Shown one piece after another: positions 10,291-19,799 of a stretch of 64,000 nt of DNA. The stretch's first letter is position 1, and each line of letters begins with the position of its first letter. Location of the stretch: assembly GCA_965228855.1 (NCBI GenBank), contig CBDDIJ010000003.1, forward strand, positions 1,088,001 through 1,152,000. Reading direction: 5' to 3'. The notes beneath the pieces were generated by a model that ran no database searches, had not been told where the DNA came from, and saw nothing but the letters and a program-made list of their open reading frames with translations. This DNA is from Candidatus Obscuribacterales bacterium. GTDB taxonomy: Bacteria; Cyanobacteriota; Vampirovibrionia; Obscuribacterales; Obscuribacteraceae. The position numbers and the translations under genes are program-made.

Positions 10291-11963
10291 CTTCGCAATT
10301 CACGATGTGGCTCTATCCTCTCTTGATACTTTCTGTGGTATCACTGTTCATTCGCATTCGATTGCCGCTTCCCTGGTCATGGGGCTTCATAATCCAGTCG
10401 CTGCCATTGATTCTGTGTGCGGTCCTCGGTCTGACGGTAGGACCTGATTGGATGTACGCAATTATTGGCTGGGCATTGGTTTTTATTTTCTACGTCCCTC
10501 CCAAAGTTTTCTACACTGATCTGCAGCGATACCTGACTGCGCTGGATGCTGATGGATTGCGACGATCTGGTAGAAACATCAAACTGTTGTTCTGGGGTTT
10601 GCCGGGCGACTTCTGGAGTGACATGACCTTTTCTCTTGCTTATTTTGTCGAGAAGAATGCGGATGGGGCGGAAGCACTTCTTTCTAAATGGCAGGACAGA
10701 AAAGGTTTACCGAAATCCGTTGCCGGAATTCCAAACAGCTATCGCTTAATCGGTCGCGGAATCATGTGGCAATGGGAGGATATTATCGAGGCTTACGAGC
10801 GTATACGTGCCGAGGGCGGAGCGCCTGGTGCACTGTTGCCTGCTGCGGCGCGCGCTTACTCCGAAACCGGCCGGTTTCAGCACGCCGTAGCCTGTTTCAG
10901 CGAAGCGAAGTTGGTAGATCAAAATTTAGCTCTCAATAACCTGGCTTTGCAACTGTTGCCGTTTTTCTCACTAGTTGGTGCAACCCATCAAACGAACGCA
11001 TTGGTATCAATTCTTTCGCATAATAAGAACGATTTCCCTGAACATACACAGCTATATTGGCTTGGGCGCTGCAATCTGGCTAATGGAGATTTTGCACAAG
11101 CCAGCGAACTGCTCTTAAAAGCCAGGGCAAGTTCTCAATCGAAACTTTTCCAGGACCGTATCGATACCCAATTGGCGTTGGTGAATGCAAATGAGATATC
11201 GCCCCCATGCGATCTGTCTGCCGAGGAGAAAAATTCTCTAGTAAGCGGGCTCTGGAAGGGGTTCTCTCGTGCGGCGTTCGTCCAGGAAATAGTCTCGCCA
11301 CGCAGAAAATCTATTACTGTAATTGCGCTTTGCGTGATACTCATCGCGCTCTTTGCCGTAACAGACATGTGGCATGTCGCTGCACTTTTTGATCCGAGGA
11401 AACTTACCGAGTTTGCGACTCTTACGGATAGCGTGACCAACACGATCATGAACACTTGCGCGCTGGATCCTGCCAAAGCCCTTAGCGGACAGTATTGGCG
11501 CTTCTTTACCTATCTTTTCTTGCATGCGAATGAAACCCATATTGTTCTTAACATCATTGGCTTATATTGGTTTGGTCGAGTTGCGGAAAATATTTTCGGC
11601 ACCACTCGTTTTCTCGCCATTTATCTCGTTGGCGGCTTGCTGAGCGGCGTTGTCCACGCACTCTTGTCTCCAGACCAGATCGCCGTCGGAGCTTCCGGAG
11701 CGATAATGGCGATGTTTGGTGCCGTTGGCGCGGGAATCTACAGGCTCAAAGATAAAATCCCTGAGCCGATTCGCAAATTTCAGCTCTCTTGGCTTGGGGG
11801 GCTTGCTCTGGCTCAAGTGGTGCTTGACCAACTGATACCACATGTGGCTGCATTCGCACATCTAGGCGGTATGGTGAGCGGTTTCGCTATCGGTATGCTG
11901 CTGTCGATTCGCACGCCTTCATTGACAGAGGTGGACGGTACCCAGAAGTTTATCGGCGGTTGA
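10287..11963 (+). CDS. Rhomboid intramembrane serine protease with N-terminal TM + TPR region
   Basis: WRFFT, H..H...N, catalytic GASG and AHLGG; ATGA overlap with nanE. Confidence 0.88.
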   Translation: MTSQFTMWLYPLLILSVVSLFIRIRLPLPWSWGFIIQSLPLILCAVLGLTVGPDWMYAIIGWALVFIFYVPPKVFYTDLQRYLTALDADGLRRSGRNIKLLFWGLPGDFWSDMTFSLAYFVEKNADGAEALLSKWQDRKGLPKSVAGIPNSYRLIGRGIMWQWEDIIEAYERIRAEGGAPGALLPAAARAYSETGRFQHAVACFSEAKLVDQNLALNNLALQLLPFFSLVGATHQTNALVSILSHNKNDFPEHTQLYWLGRCNLANGDFAQASELLLKARASSQSKLFQDRIDTQLALVNANEISPPCDLSAEEKNSLVSGLWKGFSRAAFVQEIVSPRRKSITVIALCVILIALFAVTDMWHVAALFDPRKLTEFATLTDSVTNTIMNTCALDPAKALSGQYWRFFTYLFLHANETHIVLNIIGLYWFGRVAENIFGTTRFLAIYLVGGLLSGVVHALLSPDQIAVGASGAIMAMFGAVGAGIYRLKDKIPEPIRKFQLSWLGGLALAQVVLDQLIPHVAAFAHLGGMVSGFAIGMLLSIRTPSLTEVDGTQKFIGG

Positions 11964-12124
11964 ATTTGCCGGAATAACTGCACCCGCGACGGAACAGCAA
12001 ATTCTGGTATTGTCGACCGGACTTCGATTTGCAGGCAGTTCATGTCACTTAGAACAGGGATTGTCAAATCGGCTAGGATGGTAGAGTATTAATCGTCGAT
12101 CTTACTACTCAGGATGTTGCGCCC

Positions 12125-12727
12125 ATGCATGATTGTCCTACCTGCAGAGTCCCTCTCCACGGACACGAAGAAGTCTGTCCATCTTGCGGCACACGCCAGC
12201 GGGTAAGCAAGTCCTATAGCGGATTGCTGAAAGGACAACCTAAGAAGCCTCCTGTAAATATGTTGCCGTTCGTGGTCGCTTTTTTTGCTCTGGGTGTCGG
12301 CGGTTTCGTCCTTATGAAAAGCAGCTGGATCGGTAAGCTTATGGCCCGTGGTCCGGTCCAAGTCGACCCGATGGACAAGCTTTCCTGGTTAGAAGCTCGT
12401 CAGATGTTGTATTCAAAAATTGATGAAGGTCTGAAGTCGGTAGGTTCTACCGGCGAATACACATGGACCTCAGGTGGTAATCCCGCGGACATTAACGCAC
12501 CCGGACCAGTAGAATTGAATGTCAAAACGGAGTTAGCCGACCCAAATTCGCGGCGGCAGATAATGGATCCCGCCAAAGAGTTTATGTACAAGGCCCAAGT
12601 GCCTAGCGTGGTCATGAATGACACGAAGACGAACGCTACCTGGACATACAGTGTCCAGGCTCCGGCGGTCGCTCCAGCTGGTGGAGCAGCCAGTGGCGGC
12701 GGCGAAGAAGCACCTCCCGAAGAGTAG
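12125..12727 (+). CDS. Zinc-ribbon membrane-anchored hypothetical protein
   Basis: CPTC...CPSCG followed by one TM helix and an extracytoplasmic domain. Confidence 0.75.
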   Translation: MHDCPTCRVPLHGHEEVCPSCGTRQRVSKSYSGLLKGQPKKPPVNMLPFVVAFFALGVGGFVLMKSSWIGKLMARGPVQVDPMDKLSWLEARQMLYSKIDEGLKSVGSTGEYTWTSGGNPADINAPGPVELNVKTELADPNSRRQIMDPAKEFMYKAQVPSVVMNDTKTNATWTYSVQAPAVAPAGGAASGGGEEAPPEE

Positions 12728-12832
12728 TTGCTGTAACAATCCGCGATTCGAAGGTCAACTGTTTCGGAGCGCAGGAGTATGATTGTGAGTAGGTCTATCC
12801 GGTGTTCCAATTGGGCACTGTGGGAGGGGTCT

Positions 12833-13468
12833 ATGACGCAAAGTAAGCTGACCAAAATTGGAACCGCGGGTGGTGTAACTATCGTTGCTTTTGTCACCGT
12901 GGTGGCGTTCTCCACCTATGGCTGGTTGAAGGCGTCAGAACATTCCGAGATTTTGAAAGCGCATGCGGCTACTCCTGCCGATGATGATTCTGTTCGCTCG
13001 ATTGCTTACGATGCCCCTGCCGAGGCGGTCGAGGAGTCGCCAACCAGTAGCGCAGCAGAAACAGTAGAGTCTGGCGCTTCGGAAAAAAGTTCAGAAACTG
13101 CTGTTCCCTTCCAAACCGTTGCGAAGGGCACCAAGAGCGGTATCAAAACCGGTGAACGCATGTGTGTGACGGAAGAGGGAGAGTGGCTCGGTCTATGGCG
13201 GCGTCACTTAACGGGTAGTCTCCAGACGGAACCCTGTCCATCGGTAGATTTTGAACATAATATGCTTCTTGCTGTTTTTCAAGGTGAAGGTGACACTGAT
13301 TCTGGATTTGTCGAGATCGAGAAGGTGAAACAACTCCCGGACAAGATACTCGTCGTTCTCAAACGAAGCGATGCGAAGGCACCGACCAGCGAAGGTGAAC
13401 GTGCCACCACAACCTCGTTCCACATCGCGAAGACAGCGAAAATCAATCTGCCGGTAGTGTTTCAATAG
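12833..13468 (+). CDS. PrcB C-terminal domain-containing exported protein
   Basis: N-terminal TM; C-terminal P.VDF...MLLAVFQG...G..EIEKV...T..FHIAK pattern; GGAGGGG RBS before ATG 12833. Confidence 0.7.
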   Translation: MTQSKLTKIGTAGGVTIVAFVTVVAFSTYGWLKASEHSEILKAHAATPADDDSVRSIAYDAPAEAVEESPTSSAAETVESGASEKSSETAVPFQTVAKGTKSGIKTGERMCVTEEGEWLGLWRRHLTGSLQTEPCPSVDFEHNMLLAVFQGEGDTDSGFVEIEKVKQLPDKILVVLKRSDAKAPTSEGERATTTSFHIAKTAKINLPVVFQ

Positions 13469-13516
13469 TTAGCGGCGGCTTGTTGGTTGAACGTTTTAAT
13501 CGTTTCTCATCGGTTC

Positions 13517-15025
13517 TCAACGTGAATAAAGCAGCCGAACGCTCAGTGGCTGAGAGCTTTCACGCATGGCGCCCGTAAGAGTTTCAGAATACCTTTCACT
13601 GTTGCACGATAATTTATTGGCTCGCTGACGGTCACCGATGCCGGTGATCTGGAGTTTAAATGGTTTGTCCTGGGAGTTTCGAATTGCTTCGAATTTGAAG
13701 CTGATAACCCCGTCGTGGAAGTTTATGGCTGACGAAGCGATTCCACGTAAGATTTGACCGGTTGGCGATTGAATTTCCAGATGTAGTTTGTTTTGCAATG
13801 CGCTCGAACCATCTGAATCTATAAGGTAGAGCGGTTCGAGATTGTCATCACTGTGTCTAGTCGGGAGTTCATGAAATTCAACTCCACAGAGGTAGTCGCT
13901 TTCGGCGATGACGTTTAAACTAATCGTGGCTGAAGCCCTCGCGTTTGCCAGCCAAAAGGATGGGGCATCAACTAACAAAGATTGAATGTCTTCCAGCCAC
14001 TGCGTTTCAATCAATTCTTGTCGATAGTTCTGAAACACTTTCTTGTGTGCATTGTGTCGAATCGACTCCTGCAGATCCTTATCAAAAGCCAGTCTTTGTA
14101 ATGCATTGAGCCAACCTTGCTTTGTGTTTTCAACCAGCAGTCCGTCTCTGTCATGTTCTACAGAGGAGGCATAAGCATCAACGTTTGAATAAATTCCTGC
14201 AATTCCGCACGCACCATAGTCCCGAAACTTTGTATTGTTTTTCGAACGGTTGAACTCGTTATCTTCAAGTGGTGCCAAACCGATGTTGAATCCACTGCGC
14301 GAAAATTCTCGAAGGAATTGATCGTAACGAGGCAGAAGTTTCCTGTGCGTTACTCCAGGCAGTGTAAGCAATTCCGAAGGTCGACATCCCCAGACGGTCA
14401 TCTCTGCCTTGTCCTGGTGCTGGTTTAAAAACTCGGACAGAGCAGGCAGAAACACCTTGTACTGATCGTCCACAGTTCGGCTGGTGGCGTATACAATACC
14501 AATTTTTGTTTTGTTAGGATTAAGAGCTTTAAGGTCTGGAACCTGGTTGAAGTCAAATGAGGAATTGTATACGCGGACATTACTGTTGAAGTGAGATACT
14601 TTCGTTTTAAGTAAGGGGCTGTAAACACGGACCAGCGAAGCATGTTGCAGATAGCTCTCTAATTGATTCAATCGAGATGGTTGTGTGTGATAACGCGCGA
14701 GGTCCGGATCGGTTGCCGACGGAATGTCCCAGAAGCTGTCATCGATATCGTAAATTATCGGTTTGCGCCGTCCTAGTGCCTCGTTCAATAAGTGACGAAA
14801 ACCTGGTTCGGTATTCCTGCAGTACACAATCAAATCTGCCCATTCAATCGCTGCTGAGGTGGTCGATTGCTCGGTTTGATGTTTAAACGCGATTTGCCCG
14901 GAGCTTGCCAGAGCGCTGAGCGGTTTGACCACATTAATCTGACAGCTAGCGATGTAAGACGGAATAATCGCCACTACCCGCGGTGTGCGTCTGCTCTGGA
15001 GCACATCCGTAAGGTGACGAAGCAC
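13517..15025 (-). CDS. GT-B glycosyltransferase (family 1/4-like) with C-terminal extension
   Basis: YDIDD and IGLAPLEDNEFNRSKNNTKFRDY motifs; 6 bp from the upstream GT2 gene. Confidence 0.85.
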   Translation of the reverse strand: MLRHLTDVLQSRRTPRVVAIIPSYIASCQINVVKPLSALASSGQIAFKHQTEQSTTSAAIEWADLIVYCRNTEPGFRHLLNEALGRRKPIIYDIDDSFWDIPSATDPDLARYHTQPSRLNQLESYLQHASLVRVYSPLLKTKVSHFNSNVRVYNSSFDFNQVPDLKALNPNKTKIGIVYATSRTVDDQYKVFLPALSEFLNQHQDKAEMTVWGCRPSELLTLPGVTHRKLLPRYDQFLREFSRSGFNIGLAPLEDNEFNRSKNNTKFRDYGACGIAGIYSNVDAYASSVEHDRDGLLVENTKQGWLNALQRLAFDKDLQESIRHNAHKKVFQNYRQELIETQWLEDIQSLLVDAPSFWLANARASATISLNVIAESDYLCGVEFHELPTRHSDDNLEPLYLIDSDGSSALQNKLHLEIQSPTGQILRGIASSAINFHDGVISFKFEAIRNSQDKPFKLQITGIGDRQRANKLSCNSERYSETLTGAMRESSQPLSVRLLYSR

Positions 15026-15031
15026 GCGTAC

Positions 15032-16585
15032 CTACCTTGCCGTTCCGACGGGCTCGCGGACTTCGGTAGCGGTTGCTAACCGTTGCTTGCTGTGGTCGAC
15101 GGCGTCTTTCAGAAGCGAGGGCAACGTTGGAAGAGGTTTTGCAACCACAATGATTTGATACGCGAACATAGTTCTTCTCAGCTTGATCAAGCTATTGTTC
15201 AAGTTAAGCAGAAAGTTCGCAAACTTCTCGTTTCTGATTACGAGAGGGTATGGCGCTGGAATACCTTCGACTTTTTCGACTTCGAAGCCGCTTTCAGCTA
15301 CTACGCGTTCCAAACTTTCAAATGTGAACAGGCGCGTGTGGCGCAGGTCCAGGATGCCTTTCTTTGAATAGTTGAACTGACCGAATAGATGCATTGAGCG
15401 CGTGATAAAAAATCCGACGTTCGCGCTGCTGACGATGAGCTTGGCTCGCTGATTGAATTTGCACGCTTCCATGAGTCGCTCCAGGAAAGCCTCCGGTGAA
15501 TGTGCTTGTTCTACAACATCCAGCATCAGAATATAGTCGTGCTCTGAAACGTCGATAGGCAGTTGCGAGTCGCTGTTCGGATCGTGCTGAAAGTATTCGA
15601 CGCTAGAACTGGCATTGCGAATTGGCGACTGCCGGTCAAGTACAGTGACGCGACACCCCTTTTTCTCAAGATGCGGTATCAGGTCAATTGCGGAATCGCC
15701 GCCGAACGTGAGCACTCTGGAGTTGGGAGAAACAAGTTCCAACGCCTTTGTTTGAGAACTTTCAAACGTCAATTTGGGGCGATGGCGCCAGGAATCAGTC
15801 TCGGCCGGCTGCACATCGAAGTTCCTTCTATACATCAAACAATAGGTTTGCAGACGCGCGGTGGCGCTTGCTTTCACGACATCCCAGGCATACTTGAGAC
15901 CGTTGACATGACACTTCTCATCGCCATAGTACGTGGGAATTGGCAGCTCTTTGATCTTCAGTCCGGCTACGATAAATTGAATGATGATTTCCGTGTCGAA
16001 GTGAAAGTCGTTGGTGTTTAGGTGGAACGGCAGCTTGGCCAGAGCTTTGGTGCTGTAGATTCGATAGCCGGTGTGGAATTCGCTGAGACTGCTTCCAAGG
16101 ACCTGGTTTTGAAACGCCGTCAAAATTCGGTTACCCACGTACTTGTACATGGGCATGCCGCCTTCAAGTGCGCCCGTGAGTGTCATCATCCGGGAACCGA
16201 AAACTGCGTCCGCCTCGCCGTTGACGAGCGGCATCAGAAGCTCTGGTAGACGTTCCGGCGCATATTGCCCGTCGCCGTGGACCAGGGCCACAAAGTCAAA
16301 ACCGCGTTCGATCGCATAGTGATAACCAATCTTCTGATTGCCACCATACATTTGGTTGACTGGGTTTCTCAGGACCGTGATTGGATAAGGAATTTCGCCC
16401 TTCATGCGTGCAGCTTCGGCGGCTTCAAAAGTCGAGTCTTTCGACGCATCGTCGATGATCAAGATCTCTGTGTCGTACTGCTGAAGCGAGTCCGGAATGC
16501 GCTTTAGAACTTTCTCGATCGTTTTCTCCGCGTTGTACGCGACGATGAAAATGAGTACACGGGCTTTGGCTGTAATGTCTGCCAT
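15032..16585 (-). CDS. GT2 (DPM1-like) glycosyltransferase fused to a class I SAM-methyltransferase-like domain
   Basis: IVAYNAE, IIDDASKD, HGDGQY, FGSR, FDTEII; C-terminal methyltransferase fold (DYILMLDVVEQ, GILD.RH.RLFT) with a degenerate motif I (TFGGDS). Confidence 0.88.
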   Translation of the reverse strand: MADITAKARVLIFIVAYNAEKTIEKVLKRIPDSLQQYDTEILIIDDASKDSTFEAAEAARMKGEIPYPITVLRNPVNQMYGGNQKIGYHYAIERGFDFVALVHGDGQYAPERLPELLMPLVNGEADAVFGSRMMTLTGALEGGMPMYKYVGNRILTAFQNQVLGSSLSEFHTGYRIYSTKALAKLPFHLNTNDFHFDTEIIIQFIVAGLKIKELPIPTYYGDEKCHVNGLKYAWDVVKASATARLQTYCLMYRRNFDVQPAETDSWRHRPKLTFESSQTKALELVSPNSRVLTFGGDSAIDLIPHLEKKGCRVTVLDRQSPIRNASSSVEYFQHDPNSDSQLPIDVSEHDYILMLDVVEQAHSPEAFLERLMEACKFNQRAKLIVSSANVGFFITRSMHLFGQFNYSKKGILDLRHTRLFTFESLERVVAESGFEVEKVEGIPAPYPLVIRNEKFANFLLNLNNSLIKLRRTMFAYQIIVVAKPLPTLPSLLKDAVDHSKQRLATATEVREPVGTAR

Positions 16586-16840
16586 GACAAACCTAATATA
16601 TGGGCTTCTACAAGCCGCAAATTTACCAAGGTAATGTAAAGGGGTCAAGATAAACCGTCTCACCTCGACAGTGAAGTTCCTCGTCCTGTGGTGATTTTGG
16701 GGCTTCTGAGCTATACACTGCGTATAGAAAAGTCTCGTTTCGGTTAAATATCCATAAGCTGGAGCGATTCAATCGGGTTAGCGTTGAAGAGGGGAAAGTA
16801 CTGACCTATCCTTCAGAGGTCGACTGGCTGTTTTTTCTCG

Positions 16841-18067
16841 ATGCCTAAATTCGTAGTTTCTCTCTTTATATTCTTGTTTATAGCTCTGTGGTTCGGGCAG
16901 TTCGCTTCTTTTGTTCAAAACCGCTATGAATATCCATTGCATAGTTGGTCCTGGTGGACGGTAAAGGAACTACGCAGTATCGCTGGCATCTCACGCACCA
17001 AGTTGAACGTTCAAGAAACATCACCAAATACGGTGCTACTCGGATCGTCCCTGATGGTAGTTGCAAATGCAGAATGTGACGCAACCTGGAGTAATGAGCG
17101 GCTCGACCTGACCACGTATCGCAAGGCGCGATATTTTGATGCGGTAATGGCTAGTGCCGACGAACGCACCGAATGCTGTTCAATCAATTTGTCGGCGCCC
17201 GGTCAAATTCCGTCGGATGCGTTTCTCACGCTGCAAGAGGCTGTGAATGAAGGTCTTCACCCTTCCCTGGTGATTTACGGCATTGCGCCTAGAGATTTCG
17301 TCGACAGCACCATGTCCAGTCCCTTTGAAACAGAAGGCTATAAATATTTGAGCCGATTGGTTTCGACTGAACGGATAGATAGCAAACTTCGAGATGATGT
17401 TGTTCAAAATCTCAGTCGTCAGCTGGTCACGTCAATACCTCTACTTCGTTATGCGGTCGATCTCCAGATGGCTTGCAGCAAATCTACTTTGGAACTGAGA
17501 GATTGGCTTCTGCGGCGCGGCATTGAAACGATGTCGTTGGAAAAGCGTATGGCGCTAATTTCATCGTATAAGCCACTGGATATGGTGCCTGGCTTCATTC
17601 ACGCTGAAATTGCGAATGAAGCAGAGGTTGAGAAACTTTACGCCGATAATTTGTCTGACTATAAAGCAAGATATGCGCGACCGAAAGCCGAATTCTACGA
17701 TGGTCAGCTTTCCTGTTTGGAAGAACTGGCAAGGTTTTGCATGGATAACCAAATCGAGCTGGTCGTGGTTAATATGCCAATTCGAAAATGTAATTTAGAT
17801 TTGCTCTCCCCAGGCATTCGCTCAAAGTATTTAGCTGACGTCTCGCACATCAGCACTGAATACGGTGCTGAATTTGTAGACTTGTGCGAAGTCGATAAGT
17901 ATTCCAAGAGCGATTATCGTGATTCGGTTCATTTGAACGGTTTCGGCGGCCGCAAGTTTCTGGACCGGTTGGTTGCAGCAATCGCAGACCAGCCTGGCAT
18001 TTTTAAATCTCTGCGCAGGCGGGTTCCTCGAGTCGCTGCTCGAGAAACTCTCGAGTCTCCGCTTTAG
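16841..18067 (+). CDS. Membrane-anchored SGNH-like protein (DUF1574/DltD/AlgJ-like)
   Basis: N-terminal TM, block I LLGSSL, VVVNMP and block V DSVHLN. Confidence 0.7.
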   Translation: MPKFVVSLFIFLFIALWFGQFASFVQNRYEYPLHSWSWWTVKELRSIAGISRTKLNVQETSPNTVLLGSSLMVVANAECDATWSNERLDLTTYRKARYFDAVMASADERTECCSINLSAPGQIPSDAFLTLQEAVNEGLHPSLVIYGIAPRDFVDSTMSSPFETEGYKYLSRLVSTERIDSKLRDDVVQNLSRQLVTSIPLLRYAVDLQMACSKSTLELRDWLLRRGIETMSLEKRMALISSYKPLDMVPGFIHAEIANEAEVEKLYADNLSDYKARYARPKAEFYDGQLSCLEELARFCMDNQIELVVVNMPIRKCNLDLLSPGIRSKYLADVSHISTEYGAEFVDLCEVDKYSKSDYRDSVHLNGFGGRKFLDRLVAAIADQPGIFKSLRRRVPRVAARETLESPL

Positions 18068-19694
18068 GGTTCAAATGACTGATTTTTATCTGCGCGTCCG
18101 GAGTTCCCTTTGCCGTGAGATGCTTGCGAAAAGCCTCGTAGGTTCCGCTCTTAATTAGTTTGAAGGTGACCGGTGAAAGTCGTGCGGAGGCGCGCTTGGT
18201 TTCATACTCTATGTTCTCTTCTTGAAGGCGACGATCGAAACGTTGCGCGAGGTCTTCAGCAAAGCCTTTTCGTTCATGATCGACGCCGCGATCGGCAAGA
18301 TTTGCATCGATTTCATACCAGATCTCATAATGCGGTTCCGGCCGGAACTGCGGAATCAACGTGAAGAAACGCAGGTTGGTTCCGATGTCGTCCAGCGTTT
18401 TGCGCATCGCTTGCGTGACTTGTAACTCTGTTATTTTCTCGCCTGTGAAAGAACAGATGTTCCCGCCCTTGTATTGGAAATCCAGTAGTGGAGTGCGATT
18501 GTGAAAACCGGTGACCTTTACGACATCGTTGATGTTGTATCGATAAAGACCAGCCGAAGTGGTAAAAAGGATAAAGTAGTTTTTCCCGACTTCTAGTTCA
18601 TCGGCTAAAAGTATCGTGGGTCTCTCAGAGTCGATCTCATCTTCAGGAACAAATTCGAAGAAATGCGAGCCTATTGCCAGCATCTGTTTTTCCGGAGAGA
18701 TGAAAACCGTTCCTCGCCCCTCGCTGGCACCATATGTGATATCAACTACTGGAGTGTTTCCGAAGTAGTGAGGAAAGTCTGCAAGATAGAATGCCGCCGC
18801 TGCTTTGGTCCAGCAAGATACTACCTGTAGCGATGGGAAAACATGTTCAGGTGTGAATTTGCCTTGCTCAAGGAGTCTGGCAAGCATCTTTGCGCGTTCC
18901 GGATCTGGTCGCGTGATCGGTTTTAACGCCCGCAGGGTTGCCTGATCGAGACCTGATGGCGGCGTTGTGGTGCCATCCCGAACGTCCTTAATTAATTGCT
19001 CAGCAAATACACCGAGTTTGCGACACAGTAGTTGAATGGTGCTCGGATTGAGCGTGTAGAAGAATGCTACCGGGAGCGACAGAGCTGCGCGAAGTACCGT
19101 GTAATACTTTGATTCGTAGTCTTTGATCAAATAGACTTCGTATGGAATTGGTGAAATGAATTTCTTGATCAAATAGGGCTCGTTCTTAAACAGCGAACCG
19201 GACATCGAACCGTAAGGAATTCCGCAGGGCGTTTTACCTTCTTCAGCCGGCGACGTCATCGCGAGAGCCGTGCCAGACGCCATGCCGGGGAAGGTTTTAA
19301 GCAAGTAATAGCCGGAGACGACAGATGCGTGTCGGAATTCCTTAATATAGGATGGCGTAATCGGAATAAATTTTGGTTTATCTGTTGTGCCGCTCGTGGT
19401 GGCAAACATAACTGGAGCTTCGGCGGTAAGTACGTTGGTGGCTCCGGCTGTAAGTTCGTCTATGTAGGGTCTAAACGCCTCGTAATCGCGAATTCGAAGG
19501 GCCGCATCAAAGTCTTTCCAAGTCTTGATTGTAGCGAAGCCATGTTCGCGTCCGAATTTGCTGCCGGCGTTAGCCGTCAGAATTTGATTCATCTTCCGCA
19601 GCTGGGCTTCGCGAGGCGAGGCACTGTCTGACTCTATAGCGTTGACAGTTTTTCGACCGAGCGCGCTGAAGGCTTTATAGAGTAAACCGCGCAT
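18003..19694 (-). CDS. GH3 family acyl-acid amido synthetase (adenylate-forming ligase)
   Basis: TTSGTT..PK.IP, YGASEG, FFEFVP, GLYRY...D and GEK motifs typical of GH3. Confidence 0.9.
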   Translation of the reverse strand: MRGLLYKAFSALGRKTVNAIESDSASPREAQLRKMNQILTANAGSKFGREHGFATIKTWKDFDAALRIRDYEAFRPYIDELTAGATNVLTAEAPVMFATTSGTTDKPKFIPITPSYIKEFRHASVVSGYYLLKTFPGMASGTALAMTSPAEEGKTPCGIPYGSMSGSLFKNEPYLIKKFISPIPYEVYLIKDYESKYYTVLRAALSLPVAFFYTLNPSTIQLLCRKLGVFAEQLIKDVRDGTTTPPSGLDQATLRALKPITRPDPERAKMLARLLEQGKFTPEHVFPSLQVVSCWTKAAAAFYLADFPHYFGNTPVVDITYGASEGRGTVFISPEKQMLAIGSHFFEFVPEDEIDSERPTILLADELEVGKNYFILFTTSAGLYRYNINDVVKVTGFHNRTPLLDFQYKGGNICSFTGEKITELQVTQAMRKTLDDIGTNLRFFTLIPQFRPEPHYEIWYEIDANLADRGVDHERKGFAEDLAQRFDRRLQEENIEYETKRASARLSPVTFKLIKSGTYEAFRKHLTAKGTPDAQIKISHLNPKAETREFLEQRLEEPACAEI

Positions 19695-19799
19695 CTGTAT
19701 CTCGCAGATTGGACCCTTATCGGGTTCTAAGAAGTTATGACAAGCTTGGCATTATACTTTGATTTACCTCGGTCTTTGAGGTCTCGGGTCTGGAAACTT

